Of a stretch of DNA of 64,000 nt, positions 20,718 through 29,879 are shown one piece after another. Below the pieces are notes generated by a model. It saw nothing but the letters and a program-made list of their open reading frames with translations. It was not told the origin of the DNA and did not search any database. Every line of letters starts with the position of its first letter. Position 1 is the first letter of the stretch. The DNA is from an uncultured Candidatus Marinamargulisbacteria bacterium (GTDB taxonomy: Bacteria; Margulisbacteria; Riflemargulisbacteria; GWF2-35-9): the NCBI GenBank assembly GCA_903910705.1, contig CAIWAN010000053.1, positions 20,917-84,916 on the forward strand, written 5' to 3'. Made by a program: the position numbers and the translations under genes.

Positions 20718-21885
20718 CTCGCTCCTCGAAATTATGGAACTCATCAAAACTAGCACAACTCGGACTGAGTAAAACAATGTCACCCGCATGGGCATTATTG
20801 TGAGCCAAATGGATAGCCTGTGTCATTGTTTCAGTGAGCCCCAACCAAGCCGTCGAGGTAGCGAGATGCTCCTCGAAAAAGGGACCGTCCTCACCAAAGC
20901 CAATAACGCGGACTTGATCGTTTCGAATGACGGCGAACAAGGGCTCGTAAGAGGCTTGTTTGCGCCGCCCCCCGAGTAGCAGTAAGACCGACTGGGGATC
21001 AACGGAGCGTAATGCGGCGAGGGTTGAGTCAGGGTTGGTGCCTTTAGAATCATTGATATAGGTGATATCGTTCAGGAGGCGAACGGGTTCGAGTCGATGA
21101 GGGACCGCCTTAATGGTGTTAATTTTGTTTAGGTAGGACGCGGGGCGAAACCATGTCGCCATCGTCAAAGCCGCGAGTAAATTGTGGACATTGTGTTCGC
21201 CGAGAAGTGGGCTGTCCGCGATCTCGGCAACGTAGCGTTCTCGCTCAGAAAGGAAATCGATTGTGGTCGGACGTAATGGAGGGAAGGGCTGAAGGGCTTT
21301 TCGTGTCCAGTCGTCGTCACTATTATAAACAAAACAATGCTTTGCAGATTGTCGAGTAGCAAGGATAATTTTAAGCTCGGCATAATGCGCCATTGTCCCA
21401 TGTCGGTCGAGGTGATCCTCGGTAATATTCGTGAGGATATAGCCGTGGGGCGTAAAGGTGGGGGATTGCTCGATTTGATAGCTCGACATTTCGAGGGCAA
21501 AGACGTCAGGGATCTTTGAGGCGTCCGGTGTCGCGTAGTCAATGAGCGGAATCCCAATATTGCCGGCAAGTGCAGCATCCAAAAAATGCCCCAATAAATG
21601 AGTGGTCGTGGTTTTGCCATTCGTGCCACTGACGACCAGATAGGTTGGCGTTTTGCCCGTGCTTTTAATGAGATGGTCGGCCAGCTCGATCTCGCTGATA
21701 AGCGGGAACGTATATTTAGCCTGATAGTCGGCTGTGACAAGCCCAGGCGAGAGAATGCCGATCTCGGGATGCTCATCAGTGGCAACCTCTTGAAGGTGAG
21801 GGAATCGGGTAATCGCTTTGCGAACGGCAGTGGCGGTAACACCGGCACCAAAGACGGTTATTTTCAAAGGCTTAGTAAAATCCAT
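20677..21885 (-). CDS. murD: UDP-N-acetylmuramoylalanine--D-glutamate ligase.
   Basis: 'VVSGTNGKTTTTHLLGHFL' and the Mur ligase domains. Confidence 0.9.
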   Translation of the reverse strand: MDFTKPLKITVFGAGVTATAVRKAITRFPHLQEVATDEHPEIGILSPGLVTADYQAKYTFPLISEIELADHLIKSTGKTPTYLVVSGTNGKTTTTHLLGHFLDAALAGNIGIPLIDYATPDASKIPDVFALEMSSYQIEQSPTFTPHGYILTNITEDHLDRHGTMAHYAELKIILATRQSAKHCFVYNSDDDWTRKALQPFPPLRPTTIDFLSERERYVAEIADSPLLGEHNVHNLLAALTMATWFRPASYLNKINTIKAVPHRLEPVRLLNDITYINDSKGTNPDSTLAALRSVDPQSVLLLLGGRRKQASYEPLFAVIRNDQVRVIGFGEDGPFFEEHLATSTAWLGLTETMTQAIHLAHNNAHAGDIVLLSPSCASFDEFHNFEERGNVFRDVVSTLST

Positions 21886-21934
21886 TAACTCTATTATGCC
21901 ATAAAATTTGGCTTAAACGTAGGGTTCGGGAAAT

Positions 21935-22870
21935 TTACCCCCACTGCAGCGTGAGCAGCAACGCTAGGATGCCGACCATCCAGAAACGAAGGACGACTTT
22001 GTTTTCGGTCCAACCGGACAGCTCGAAGTGATGATGGAGAGGCGACATCTTGAAGATGCGTTTGCCTTTGGTGAGCTTGAAATAGCTGACTTGTAGAATA
22101 ACCGACATCGTCTCTGCCACAAAAACGCCGCCAAGAACGATCAAGATCAGTTCTTTATGCAGACAGATTGCGGTGCCGGCGAGAACCGCACCCATAGCCA
22201 GTGATCCGGTATCGCCCATAAAGATACGTGCCGGATTGACGTTAAACCACAGAAACCCGCCGAGCGCGGCCATAATGGCGATCAATAGCATCAAGAACGG
22301 GTAGTTCGAGGCCAAGAAGCTAAACCAAAACAGCCCCAGAAACGCGATGATGAGATTGCCTGCCGCGAGCCCATCGAGGCCGTCGGTTAAATTAACGGCA
22401 TTACTCGCACCCACAATGATGAAAGCCAGAAACGGGTAATATATCCAAGGACCGAGCATTCGCAGAAAAGGGCTAGCGGTTTCGATATGATGCCCTGCGG
22501 CCATTAAACCAGCAAAAATGCTCGCCACGCCTATCTGCATGATGAGTTTTTGTCGACTGGTCAGCCCTTTATTCTGCTTTTGAAGCACTTTTGAGAGATC
22601 ATCAATCGAGCCAATGATCCCAAACCCCACGAGCAAAACAAGGATGCTGATGACCGCAGGGGTAAGAAAGTGGAACTGAACGACCATCACCAGTAGGATC
22701 GCGGCGATCATCGCGATACCGCCCATTGTGGGGGTGCCCTGTTTGACCATGTGGGTTTGCGGGGCGTCCTTGAGGACATATTGTCGGATATTGCGCTCAC
22801 GAAAGAGGTTGATAACAAAGTTGGTAAAGAAAAGCGTAATAAAACAGGTGACAAAGAAGAGGGTAATCAT
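21935..22870 (-). CDS. mraY: Phospho-N-acetylmuramoyl-pentapeptide transferase.
   Basis: Polytopic membrane protein with 'NAVNLTDGLDGLA' and 'HHHFEL' motifs. Confidence 0.92.
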   Translation of the reverse strand: MITLFFVTCFITLFFTNFVINLFRERNIRQYVLKDAPQTHMVKQGTPTMGGIAMIAAILLVMVVQFHFLTPAVISILVLLVGFGIIGSIDDLSKVLQKQNKGLTSRQKLIMQIGVASIFAGLMAAGHHIETASPFLRMLGPWIYYPFLAFIIVGASNAVNLTDGLDGLAAGNLIIAFLGLFWFSFLASNYPFLMLLIAIMAALGGFLWFNVNPARIFMGDTGSLAMGAVLAGTAICLHKELILIVLGGVFVAETMSVILQVSYFKLTKGKRIFKMSPLHHHFELSGWTENKVVLRFWMVGILALLLTLQWG

Positions 22871-24015
22871 AATGGTTGAAAAATCGTCTCCATTTGTAGT
22901 GACCGAGACCCTTTCACGAGGATAACATATCCTTTTTTATCGGTTGATCTTATCGCTTGAGCAACCTTGATCTTATCATCAATATCATACCAGTCGTGAC
23001 CCTTTTTCACAAAGGGTTTGAATATTTGCCCCACCCACGTTACCCAAGTAATTTGAGGATGACGCGCAACAAAGTCGATCAATTCTTTATGCGCCGTTTG
23101 TGCGTGGTCGCCGAGTTCTCTCATTTCACCCAAAACTACTCCCAAGGGCCGATCAGGGAAGTCGTCGATGAGCTTCTTGATCGCAAAACACATGCTTTCA
23201 GGATTGGCGTTGTAGGTGTCGTCGATGAGTGTGTTTTGCCCCCACTCGATGCGTTGTTGACGATGAGCGCTTGGCACGGTGAAGGAGGCCAAAGCCTTTT
23301 CGATATTGGCTTCGGTGACGCCGACTTGTCGCGCGAGTGCAGTAACCATTTGAAAGTTGGAGCGGATCGGGTCGGGTTCCGTTATCGTGGACACCGAGAA
23401 CCCCCTTTTTTTCGCGATCCCACTAACCAGTTCAAAGTAATTCATCTCGGTATTAAGAATGGTTTTAAAACTCCTTCCCTTAGTAAGGGAAGGTGCCCGA
23501 AGGGCGGAAGGGTCGAAATCAAAGACCTCTGCCTTGGCCAACGCAATATTTCGGCGAGTTTTTAGTAACTCAATATGAGTAGATCCAAGGCTAGAAATAA
23601 GGACCCAGTCAGGCTTGGCGATTTGGGTAAGATGCTTGATTTGACCCCTGCCGCGCATCCCCATTTCGACGACAACAAAATCCGCATCGTTAGGAGTATT
23701 AAGTAGGGTGAGCGGAACACCAATCTCGTTGTTTTGGTTTTCGGCCGTCTTGGCCACTTTGAATTGGGTGTTCAGAACAGCGGCCAGTAGGTCTTTGACG
23801 GTTGTTTTTCCCGCGCTTCCCGTTATGCCAATCACGATGGCTTTTAACCTGTTGCTTCTGAAATCGGTCGCGTAGGTCGTCAAATCAACATCAAGAACCC
23901 GAGCCCCCTTTGCCAACACATCTTTGATATAATTATGGCCATCAAAACGAGGCCCTTTGACGGGGATAAACCAGTCGCCCGCTTGAACCGAACGACTGTC
24001 GATGGAATAGCTCAC
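22867..24015 (-). CDS. murF: UDP-N-acetylmuramoyl-tripeptide--D-alanyl-D-alanine ligase.
   Basis: 'IGITGSAGKTTVKDLLAAVL' and the Mur ligase central and C-terminal domains. 382 aa, which is somewhat short. Confidence 0.85.
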   Translation of the reverse strand: MSYSIDSRSVQAGDWFIPVKGPRFDGHNYIKDVLAKGARVLDVDLTTYATDFRSNRLKAIVIGITGSAGKTTVKDLLAAVLNTQFKVAKTAENQNNEIGVPLTLLNTPNDADFVVVEMGMRGRGQIKHLTQIAKPDWVLISSLGSTHIELLKTRRNIALAKAEVFDFDPSALRAPSLTKGRSFKTILNTEMNYFELVSGIAKKRGFSVSTITEPDPIRSNFQMVTALARQVGVTEANIEKALASFTVPSAHRQQRIEWGQNTLIDDTYNANPESMCFAIKKLIDDFPDRPLGVVLGEMRELGDHAQTAHKELIDFVARHPQITWVTWVGQIFKPFVKKGHDWYDIDDKIKVAQAIRSTDKKGYVILVKGSRSLQMETIFQPL

Positions 24016-24016
24016 C

Positions 24017-25165
24017 CTAAGCCTCGAGACATTGCTTGGCTACCTCGGTGTCGTTAAAGGGGAGGGTTTCGGTGCCGATGATTTGATAGGTTTCGTGTCC
24101 CTTTCCCGCAATGACAACAACATCGCCCTCTTTTGCAAGGCCGATAGCGGTTTGGATCGCTTGACGACGATCTTCAATAACGAGCGGAGTGTGAACCTGA
24201 ATGCCGACTTGAATACTCGCAAGGATGGCCGTTGGGTCTTCCAGTCGAGGATTGTCACTGGTCAGGATGATGGAATCTGCCCATTGGTCGGCTACCTTGC
24301 CCATTAAGGGGCGCTTGGTGGTGTCACGATTGCCGCCGGCACCAAAGACGACGATAAGCTTCCCCGTGGTGATCTCTTTGGCTGTTCGCAAAATATTATC
24401 GAGGCCATCGGGGGTATGAGCGTAATCGATAAACACCTTGAAGGGCAACGTCGAGGGGATCATCTCGAATCGCCCCTTGGGTGGGTTGGCTTTCGAAAGC
24501 GCTTTTTTGATGATCGAATCAGAAATTCCTAGATGCTTAGCGATCGCATAAGCAGTTTGGATGTTGCTTTTATTGAACCGACCTTGCAGAAGAACCGGAA
24601 AATCGATGGAGATCTGTTTATAATCACGAGGGAAAACGGTCGGACCCGGTAATCGAAGGAATGACATTTTTGCGGCCGTATAGGCTTTGAAGGTTTTGTG
24701 ATAGTCGAGATGGTCGCGCGTGATATTGGTCAACGCTTTAACAGAGAAGGGGATGCCCGCGATCCGATCCTCAACAATACCGATAGAGGATACCTCCATA
24801 ACGAGATTTCGTTCCCCTTTGTCTTGCATATCGTTGAGGGTTGCTAATATCTGGTAGGGTTCGGGGGTTGTTAGCTGGGCATTAATTGTGCCCAATACCC
24901 GACAGGACTCTCCGTTCGCTTCAAGGATTTGTTTAATGAGGTGGGTGACTGTCGTTTTGCCGTTTGTCCCTGTGACGCCGATGACGCGGAGTTTGCTCCA
25001 GTCGAGGCTCCACGTTTGGGTTAAATAACAAGCGACTTGTGTTTTAGGGATAGCGATAATGCGCGAACAGGTGTTGGTCATATCGGGGGTAATATAGCTG
25101 CGCCCCTTGCCCACCGCGAGAAATGCATCTCCTGCCTTTATTTTTCGGGTATCGTCCTGTATCAT
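24017..25165 (-). CDS. murE: UDP-N-acetylmuramoyl-L-alanyl-D-glutamate--2,6-diaminopimelate ligase.
   Basis: 'IGVTGTNGKTTVTHLIKQIL' and 'DYAHTPDGL'. 382 aa with a short N-terminal domain. Confidence 0.85.
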   Translation of the reverse strand: MIQDDTRKIKAGDAFLAVGKGRSYITPDMTNTCSRIIAIPKTQVACYLTQTWSLDWSKLRVIGVTGTNGKTTVTHLIKQILEANGESCRVLGTINAQLTTPEPYQILATLNDMQDKGERNLVMEVSSIGIVEDRIAGIPFSVKALTNITRDHLDYHKTFKAYTAAKMSFLRLPGPTVFPRDYKQISIDFPVLLQGRFNKSNIQTAYAIAKHLGISDSIIKKALSKANPPKGRFEMIPSTLPFKVFIDYAHTPDGLDNILRTAKEITTGKLIVVFGAGGNRDTTKRPLMGKVADQWADSIILTSDNPRLEDPTAILASIQVGIQVHTPLVIEDRRQAIQTAIGLAKEGDVVVIAGKGHETYQIIGTETLPFNDTEVAKQCLEA

Positions 25166-25222
25166 AATTATTGATTATAAAGTCTGGCTGAAAGCATTGA
25201 CAAGCCCAACAAGGGAGCGATT

Positions 25223-25981
25223 TTGAGCGATACGAAGGATTTGTTCCGAAAATATAGGCGTCAACCCGATGCTGCGATCAAAGATGAGATCATTCGTCTG
25301 CACTACAACCTAGTCATTTATGTCGCGAGGCGTTTTATCGGTAAAGGTGAGGCCTTAGACGATCTTATACAAGTCGGAATCATCGGCATGTTGAAGGCCA
25401 TGGAGAATTACGACCCTGACTATAATGCCGAGTTCGCAACGTATGCGATGCCCATGATCGTCGGAGAGATCAAACATTATTTTCGCGATTATGCACGCTT
25501 GGTGAAATTGCCACGTCGTTTGCATGAACTAAATTCTCAGATCAAAAAAGTTGTTTTCGAATGGCATCAACGCGAAGGGAAATCGCCCACGATCGCCGAG
25601 ATAGCGGGGGTTGTCGATGCGTCCGAGGATGAGGTCGTCGAGGCCATGGAAGCGGGTGAAGTGACCCGAGCGCTAAGTTTGGATGCCCCCTCGTTTGTGT
25701 CTGAACGAAGTGGCGAAGTGGTCACCAATGGAAAGGCCTCTCTCATCGATTCGCTAGGGGTCGATCACGTTGAGAATAAAATGCTTGATCGCGAAGCCAT
25801 GAAGTTTGCGATCGCGAATGTGTTGAATCGACGGGAGCAACGGATCATTTACATGCGCTATTATGACAATTTATCCCAACAAGAGATCGCCCAGTACCTC
25901 GATCTCAGCCAAATGCATGTCTCGCGGTTGTTGACGCATGCGATTGATAAACTCCGCAAATATATCCTTAAGGAAAATTAA
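25223..25981 (+). CDS. Sigma-70 family RNA polymerase sigma factor, group 3 (FliA/SigB/SigF-like), with a TTG start.
   Basis: Region 2 'LIQVGIIGMLKAMENYDP' and region 4 'LSQQEIAQYLDLSQMHVSRL'. RBS 'aagggag' 5 nt upstream of the TTG. Confidence 0.85.
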   Translation: MSDTKDLFRKYRRQPDAAIKDEIIRLHYNLVIYVARRFIGKGEALDDLIQVGIIGMLKAMENYDPDYNAEFATYAMPMIVGEIKHYFRDYARLVKLPRRLHELNSQIKKVVFEWHQREGKSPTIAEIAGVVDASEDEVVEAMEAGEVTRALSLDAPSFVSERSGEVVTNGKASLIDSLGVDHVENKMLDREAMKFAIANVLNRREQRIIYMRYYDNLSQQEIAQYLDLSQMHVSRLLTHAIDKLRKYILKEN

Positions 25982-26916
25982 GTCACTTCCACGAGAACCA
26001 TGGTAATGTCATCGCCGAGGATGATTTGTCCGGCGTAATCCTTGACCTCATCGATAACTTTTTGAAAGAAATTCTCGCCCGAAAGCCATAAGTTGTTGCG
26101 GACGATCTCGGTTAATCGTTGAGAGCCAAGCAGTTCGTCCTGTGCGTTCTTCGCTTCGGATAGACCATCGGTGTAAAGAAATATTTTGTCGCCTTTTTCT
26201 AGCTGTATCGTTTTTTCTTCGTAATCGGGGCTAGCGAACATGCCCAAAAAGACACCTTCTGTTTCAAGCATAAGCGTTGCCCCTGACTTTCGGAACAACA
26301 GCGGCGGCGTGTGGCCGGCCTTGGAATACGTGAAGGTACTGGTTCGGGCATCAATCTCTCCGGCAAAGGCGGTCACAAAGTTGATGGCACTGCCTTCGGT
26401 ATACTCTAGCAATCGTCGGTTGGCTTCTTGCATCATGGCACGCGGGCCGATTTGTTTGGCAAAGAGTTCCTCTAAAGTACTCTTGGCTAGGATCATGACG
26501 AGTGCAGACGCCACGCCATGGCCAGAGACGTCGCCGATAGCCACGTGCAATAATTCTTCCTTGGTGCTTTGGAAGCGAATGATGCCTGTACGATCGGTGG
26601 CTTGGTTGTGGATGAGATGATCGATCTTTTTGCCAAGGATAAAAAAATCGCCCCCAATTTTTTCGGCCGGTTGGCAGAAGCCCGAGAGTTGAACGTTGCG
26701 ATGTTGGATGCGATTAGCGGTCAGAAGGCCCGATTGGATACGCCGAGCCATATCGAGGTCGCGCGCATTTTTGAGCTCGGTGCGATGCGCCGATTTTTTT
26801 ATTGCTTCGGCCGTCTTAAGCAATTGCTGGTTGGTGTCTTTTTCCTTTTGCCAGAGCCACGCTAACAGGCTGCACCCTGCAATAAGAATAATGGTGAGAC
26901 TGCTCAAAATGATCAT
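25978..26916 (-). CDS. PP2C-family serine phosphatase (SpoIIE/RsbU-like) with an N-terminal transmembrane helix.
   Basis: 'GDVSGHGVASALVM' and 'LYTDGLSEA' motifs. It lies convergently adjacent to the sigma factor gene. Confidence 0.8.
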   Translation of the reverse strand: MIILSSLTIILIAGCSLLAWLWQKEKDTNQQLLKTAEAIKKSAHRTELKNARDLDMARRIQSGLLTANRIQHRNVQLSGFCQPAEKIGGDFFILGKKIDHLIHNQATDRTGIIRFQSTKEELLHVAIGDVSGHGVASALVMILAKSTLEELFAKQIGPRAMMQEANRRLLEYTEGSAINFVTAFAGEIDARTSTFTYSKAGHTPPLLFRKSGATLMLETEGVFLGMFASPDYEEKTIQLEKGDKIFLYTDGLSEAKNAQDELLGSQRLTEIVRNNLWLSGENFFQKVIDEVKDYAGQIILGDDITMVLVEVT

Positions 26917-26982
26917 GAAAACCCCTCTGTGTTCATCTTATCACGATAGGATTTGATAATCCTAGGCGAATGCGTTTTAATA

Positions 26983-27396
26983 ATGAATATGAAACGTGGG
27001 TTTATTTTGATCGAGATCATGATGGTGATGTTATTGGTGACGATCCTGTTCCCCCTTATTTATGGATTTGTTTTTCGTGAAGTCGCGAAAGAGACGCGTC
27101 AAATGGTAGCGTCTGACGAGGCGCAGCAGATCCTTTTTGTCCAAAACACCCTCGAAAGATTAAGATCGGAAGCCTCGACTATCAGTGTTGAACCGACCCG
27201 ACTGGTCTTTACCTCAAGTCGAGATGTGACAACCGTTTGGCTAAAGAATAAAGAAATCGCACAGGATAACGGGGTCTTGCGCTACTTGACCATGACGCCG
27301 GTGGAGGTGAGTCGTTTTCTCATTTCGGGCGAGCCACCTGACCGCGTGCGTTTTACCGTTCAGACGCAGCGAAAACAATATGAGTGGAGTTTGTAA
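26983..27396 (+). CDS. Prepilin-type N-terminal cleavage/methylation domain protein (pseudopilin-like).
   Basis: N-terminus 'MNMKRGFILIEIMMVMLLVTILFPL' matches the G|F(T/I)LIE prepilin motif, followed by a hydrophobic helix. Confidence 0.55.
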   Translation: MNMKRGFILIEIMMVMLLVTILFPLIYGFVFREVAKETRQMVASDEAQQILFVQNTLERLRSEASTISVEPTRLVFTSSRDVTTVWLKNKEIAQDNGVLRYLTMTPVEVSRFLISGEPPDRVRFTVQTQRKQYEWSL

Positions 27397-27436
27397 TCCT
27401 TGACCATACTTCCAATTTATATTATAAATATGAAGT

Positions 27437-28627
27437 ATGATTCATAGAATATTGAATATGGATAGTTTGAATGGGGGCGGGTCCGCCTTTCTTTTTGGCC
27501 CTCGCGGTGTGGGCAAAACTTATCTTTGCCGAGACTATATTCGACAATCCCCGCACGTCCATAAGGTCGAGCTGTTAAATTATGAAGTTTATTCTCGTTA
27601 TCTGCGCCAACCAGAACTCTTTCGTAAGGAAATTGAAAATAAGCTCGTCGAGGAGAAACCTCTACTTGTCTTAATTGATGAAGTGCAGAAGCTCCCCTCG
27701 TTGCTTGATGAGGTGCATTATTTAATCGAGACGTATAAAAATAAAGTAAATTTTATTTTGACGGGTTCAAGTGCTCGAAAGTTGAAGCGAGGTGGTGCCA
27801 ATTTATTGGCTGGACGTGCTTGGTCGCTGAAGCTTCATCCTCTGACCCATCGAGAAGTGACTCTCGATCTTGAGAAAGCTCTTGTGTATGGGACACTGCC
27901 TGCGATTTATCTTGATGATAAGTTTCCTGCCAGAACCTTAAAGGCCTATGTTGAGACGTACTTAAAAGAAGAAATATTTCAAGAGGCTTTGGTTCGGCGG
28001 GTTGAAGGGTTTTCTCGTTTCATCGAAATGGCTGGACAGATGAATAGTGAGCCGATCAATTTTTCAAAAATAGCGAGAGAATGTGGAGTAAGCAATCATA
28101 CTGTCCAAGAGTATTATTCCATATTAGTAGACACGCTGTTAGTGTTTCGCTTAGATGCTTGGCATCATTCGGTTCGAAAGCAAATTGCTCAAGCACCTAA
28201 GTTTTATTTCTTCGATTGTGGCGTTCTAAATGCTATACGACGCGATTTGAATGTTGAGCTTAATGTCCAGTCGTATCGCTATGGGAAATTATTCGAGACC
28301 TTTATGGTTCAAGAATTAATTCGTCTCAATGACTACCTCGAAACGGATTATCAGTTCTATTATTGGCGAACTAACACAGGGCTTGAGGTGGATGTCGTTT
28401 TATCTCGGGGGGCAAACGAACCGCTTATTGCGATTGAGATTAAATCTCATCATTCGCCTGCAGAAAATGATCTATCCGCACTCAGGTCTTTTAAGTCAGA
28501 GAATGAAAATGCCAAATTGATTTGTTTTAGCAATTCTCCTCAGGCCTATTCGTTGGGAGATATAATGGTTTATCCATGGCAGGAAGGGATAAATGCCGTG
28601 CTAGGTTCATCTCCCGCACGCGTCTAA
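27437..28627 (+). CDS. AAA family ATPase with a DUF4143-type C-terminal domain (paralog 2).
   Basis: 'GPRGVGKTYLCRDY', 'VLIDEVQK' and 'LTGSSARKLKRGGANLLAGRA'. About 35-40% identical to 13224..14399 by eye. Confidence 0.75.
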   Translation: MIHRILNMDSLNGGGSAFLFGPRGVGKTYLCRDYIRQSPHVHKVELLNYEVYSRYLRQPELFRKEIENKLVEEKPLLVLIDEVQKLPSLLDEVHYLIETYKNKVNFILTGSSARKLKRGGANLLAGRAWSLKLHPLTHREVTLDLEKALVYGTLPAIYLDDKFPARTLKAYVETYLKEEIFQEALVRRVEGFSRFIEMAGQMNSEPINFSKIARECGVSNHTVQEYYSILVDTLLVFRLDAWHHSVRKQIAQAPKFYFFDCGVLNAIRRDLNVELNVQSYRYGKLFETFMVQELIRLNDYLETDYQFYYWRTNTGLEVDVVLSRGANEPLIAIEIKSHHSPAENDLSALRSFKSENENAKLICFSNSPQAYSLGDIMVYPWQEGINAVLGSSPARV

Positions 28628-29879
28628 AAATGTTGACTTGCTCGGATCGGGGGAAGGTTGAGGGGTTCAGCGCAAAGGCTGAAGAGCGGCACATGATCCA
28701 TGGCTCATCGTTATAAAGCGGAGTACCCGGTGGGGGGTAAAACACTGACGGGGCAACGAGGATGTCATATTTATACAGAAACGACAGCGTTTCTTTGATG
28801 TCAGTAGCGGTTTGATCGGGCAGACCCAAAATAAAATACGCGGTGATGGCAAAGCCGATCGCCTTTGCCTCCTTTACAACGCGATCAAAGATCGTATTAT
28901 TGGTGCCTCGGTTTAACCGCGTTTGCTCAGACTCTTGGGCGGTTACAAGGGAGAGATTCAGATTCCGAAACCCTGCTTGCCACATGAGTTCTAAAAGGGG
29001 TTGATCGAGGGTTTCGAGGGCGATGCCATTCATAGCATATAGTCGAATGTCCTTAAACGTTGCAATGATCTCGGTCAGTAACGCCATAAACCACGCTCGA
29101 TTGAGGCTGAGATTATCATCTTCAAAATCGAACACGCGCACGTGTCGAGTGTCATAGAGTGTTTTCATTTCTGCCATTATTCCCTCAACGGTACGCCAAC
29201 GCATCGATCGCCCATACATCGACGAAACCGTGCAAAAGGTACAGGCTTTAACGCAGCCGCGACTGGCGACGAGGGCCGCCATATTCTGTCGATGCATCGG
29301 GTAAAGGGACGGGTTTATTAGGTGATGATCGGGGATAAAGGTTTCAAAGTTAAAGGGTGCAGCATCAATGCCCAACATTGTTAATAAGGCCGCTTCGCCT
29401 TCACCCGAGATAAGGTCGACAAAGGGTAGACGTTGCTTGATCGCATCGCTAAAAACAGTCGCATGATAGCCACCAAGGATGATCTTGATAGAGGGAAAGG
29501 CTTTGTTGATTTTTTGGCACAAGGTCTCAACCGCATCAAAATAGGCAGTGAAGTTAGCCGAGATCCCAATGATATCTGGGGCGAATGTTTCGATGTGTTG
29601 AAGAATAGCCTCATCGGACAACCCAAAACGATAATAGTGCCCAAAGAGTTTGGTCGGACCTTTTTCATTTGGGTCGTAGTACTCTTTTAGGTAATCAAAG
29701 ACTTCTGGGTAGGCCAGTGTTCGCCGTGTGAGGGGGTTGAGACAGTCGAGTATTGAGACCTCGATGCCTGCGGCCTCAAGCGCCGAAGCCAGATAGATCA
29801 AGTTGAGCGGGTATGTCCGAATGGGCGTGATATAAAAATCTTCGATAGGGGGTTGAATCAACAGGACACGCGGTTGCAT
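28527..29879 (-). CDS. B12-binding domain radical SAM protein (class B radical SAM).
   Basis: N-terminal cobalamin-binding-like region, then 'ASRGCVKACTFCTVSS', a Cx3CxxC cluster. Last gene of a co-directional array. Its start and the upstream gene's stop both lie at 29879 (1-nt overlap). Confidence 0.8.
   Translation of the reverse strand: MQPRVLLIQPPIEDFYITPIRTYPLNLIYLASALEAAGIEVSILDCLNPLTRRTLAYPEVFDYLKEYYDPNEKGPTKLFGHYYRFGLSDEAILQHIETFAPDIIGISANFTAYFDAVETLCQKINKAFPSIKIILGGYHATVFSDAIKQRLPFVDLISGEGEAALLTMLGIDAAPFNFETFIPDHHLINPSLYPMHRQNMAALVASRGCVKACTFCTVSSMYGRSMRWRTVEGIMAEMKTLYDTRHVRVFDFEDDNLSLNRAWFMALLTEIIATFKDIRLYAMNGIALETLDQPLLELMWQAGFRNLNLSLVTAQESEQTRLNRGTNNTIFDRVVKEAKAIGFAITAYFILGLPDQTATDIKETLSFLYKYDILVAPSVFYPPPGTPLYNDEPWIMCRSSAFALNPSTFPRSEQVNIFRRVREMNLARHLSLPAMDKPLYLPTNRPEENC

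Noticed and set aside
21165-21851. A 228-aa ORF on the minus strand in a different frame inside murD, and many other 60-170-aa ORFs inside pcrA, glyS, clpB, alaS and others.
   Set aside because: These are shadow ORFs embedded in well-supported conserved genes. They have no motifs, and their composition is dictated by the real gene.
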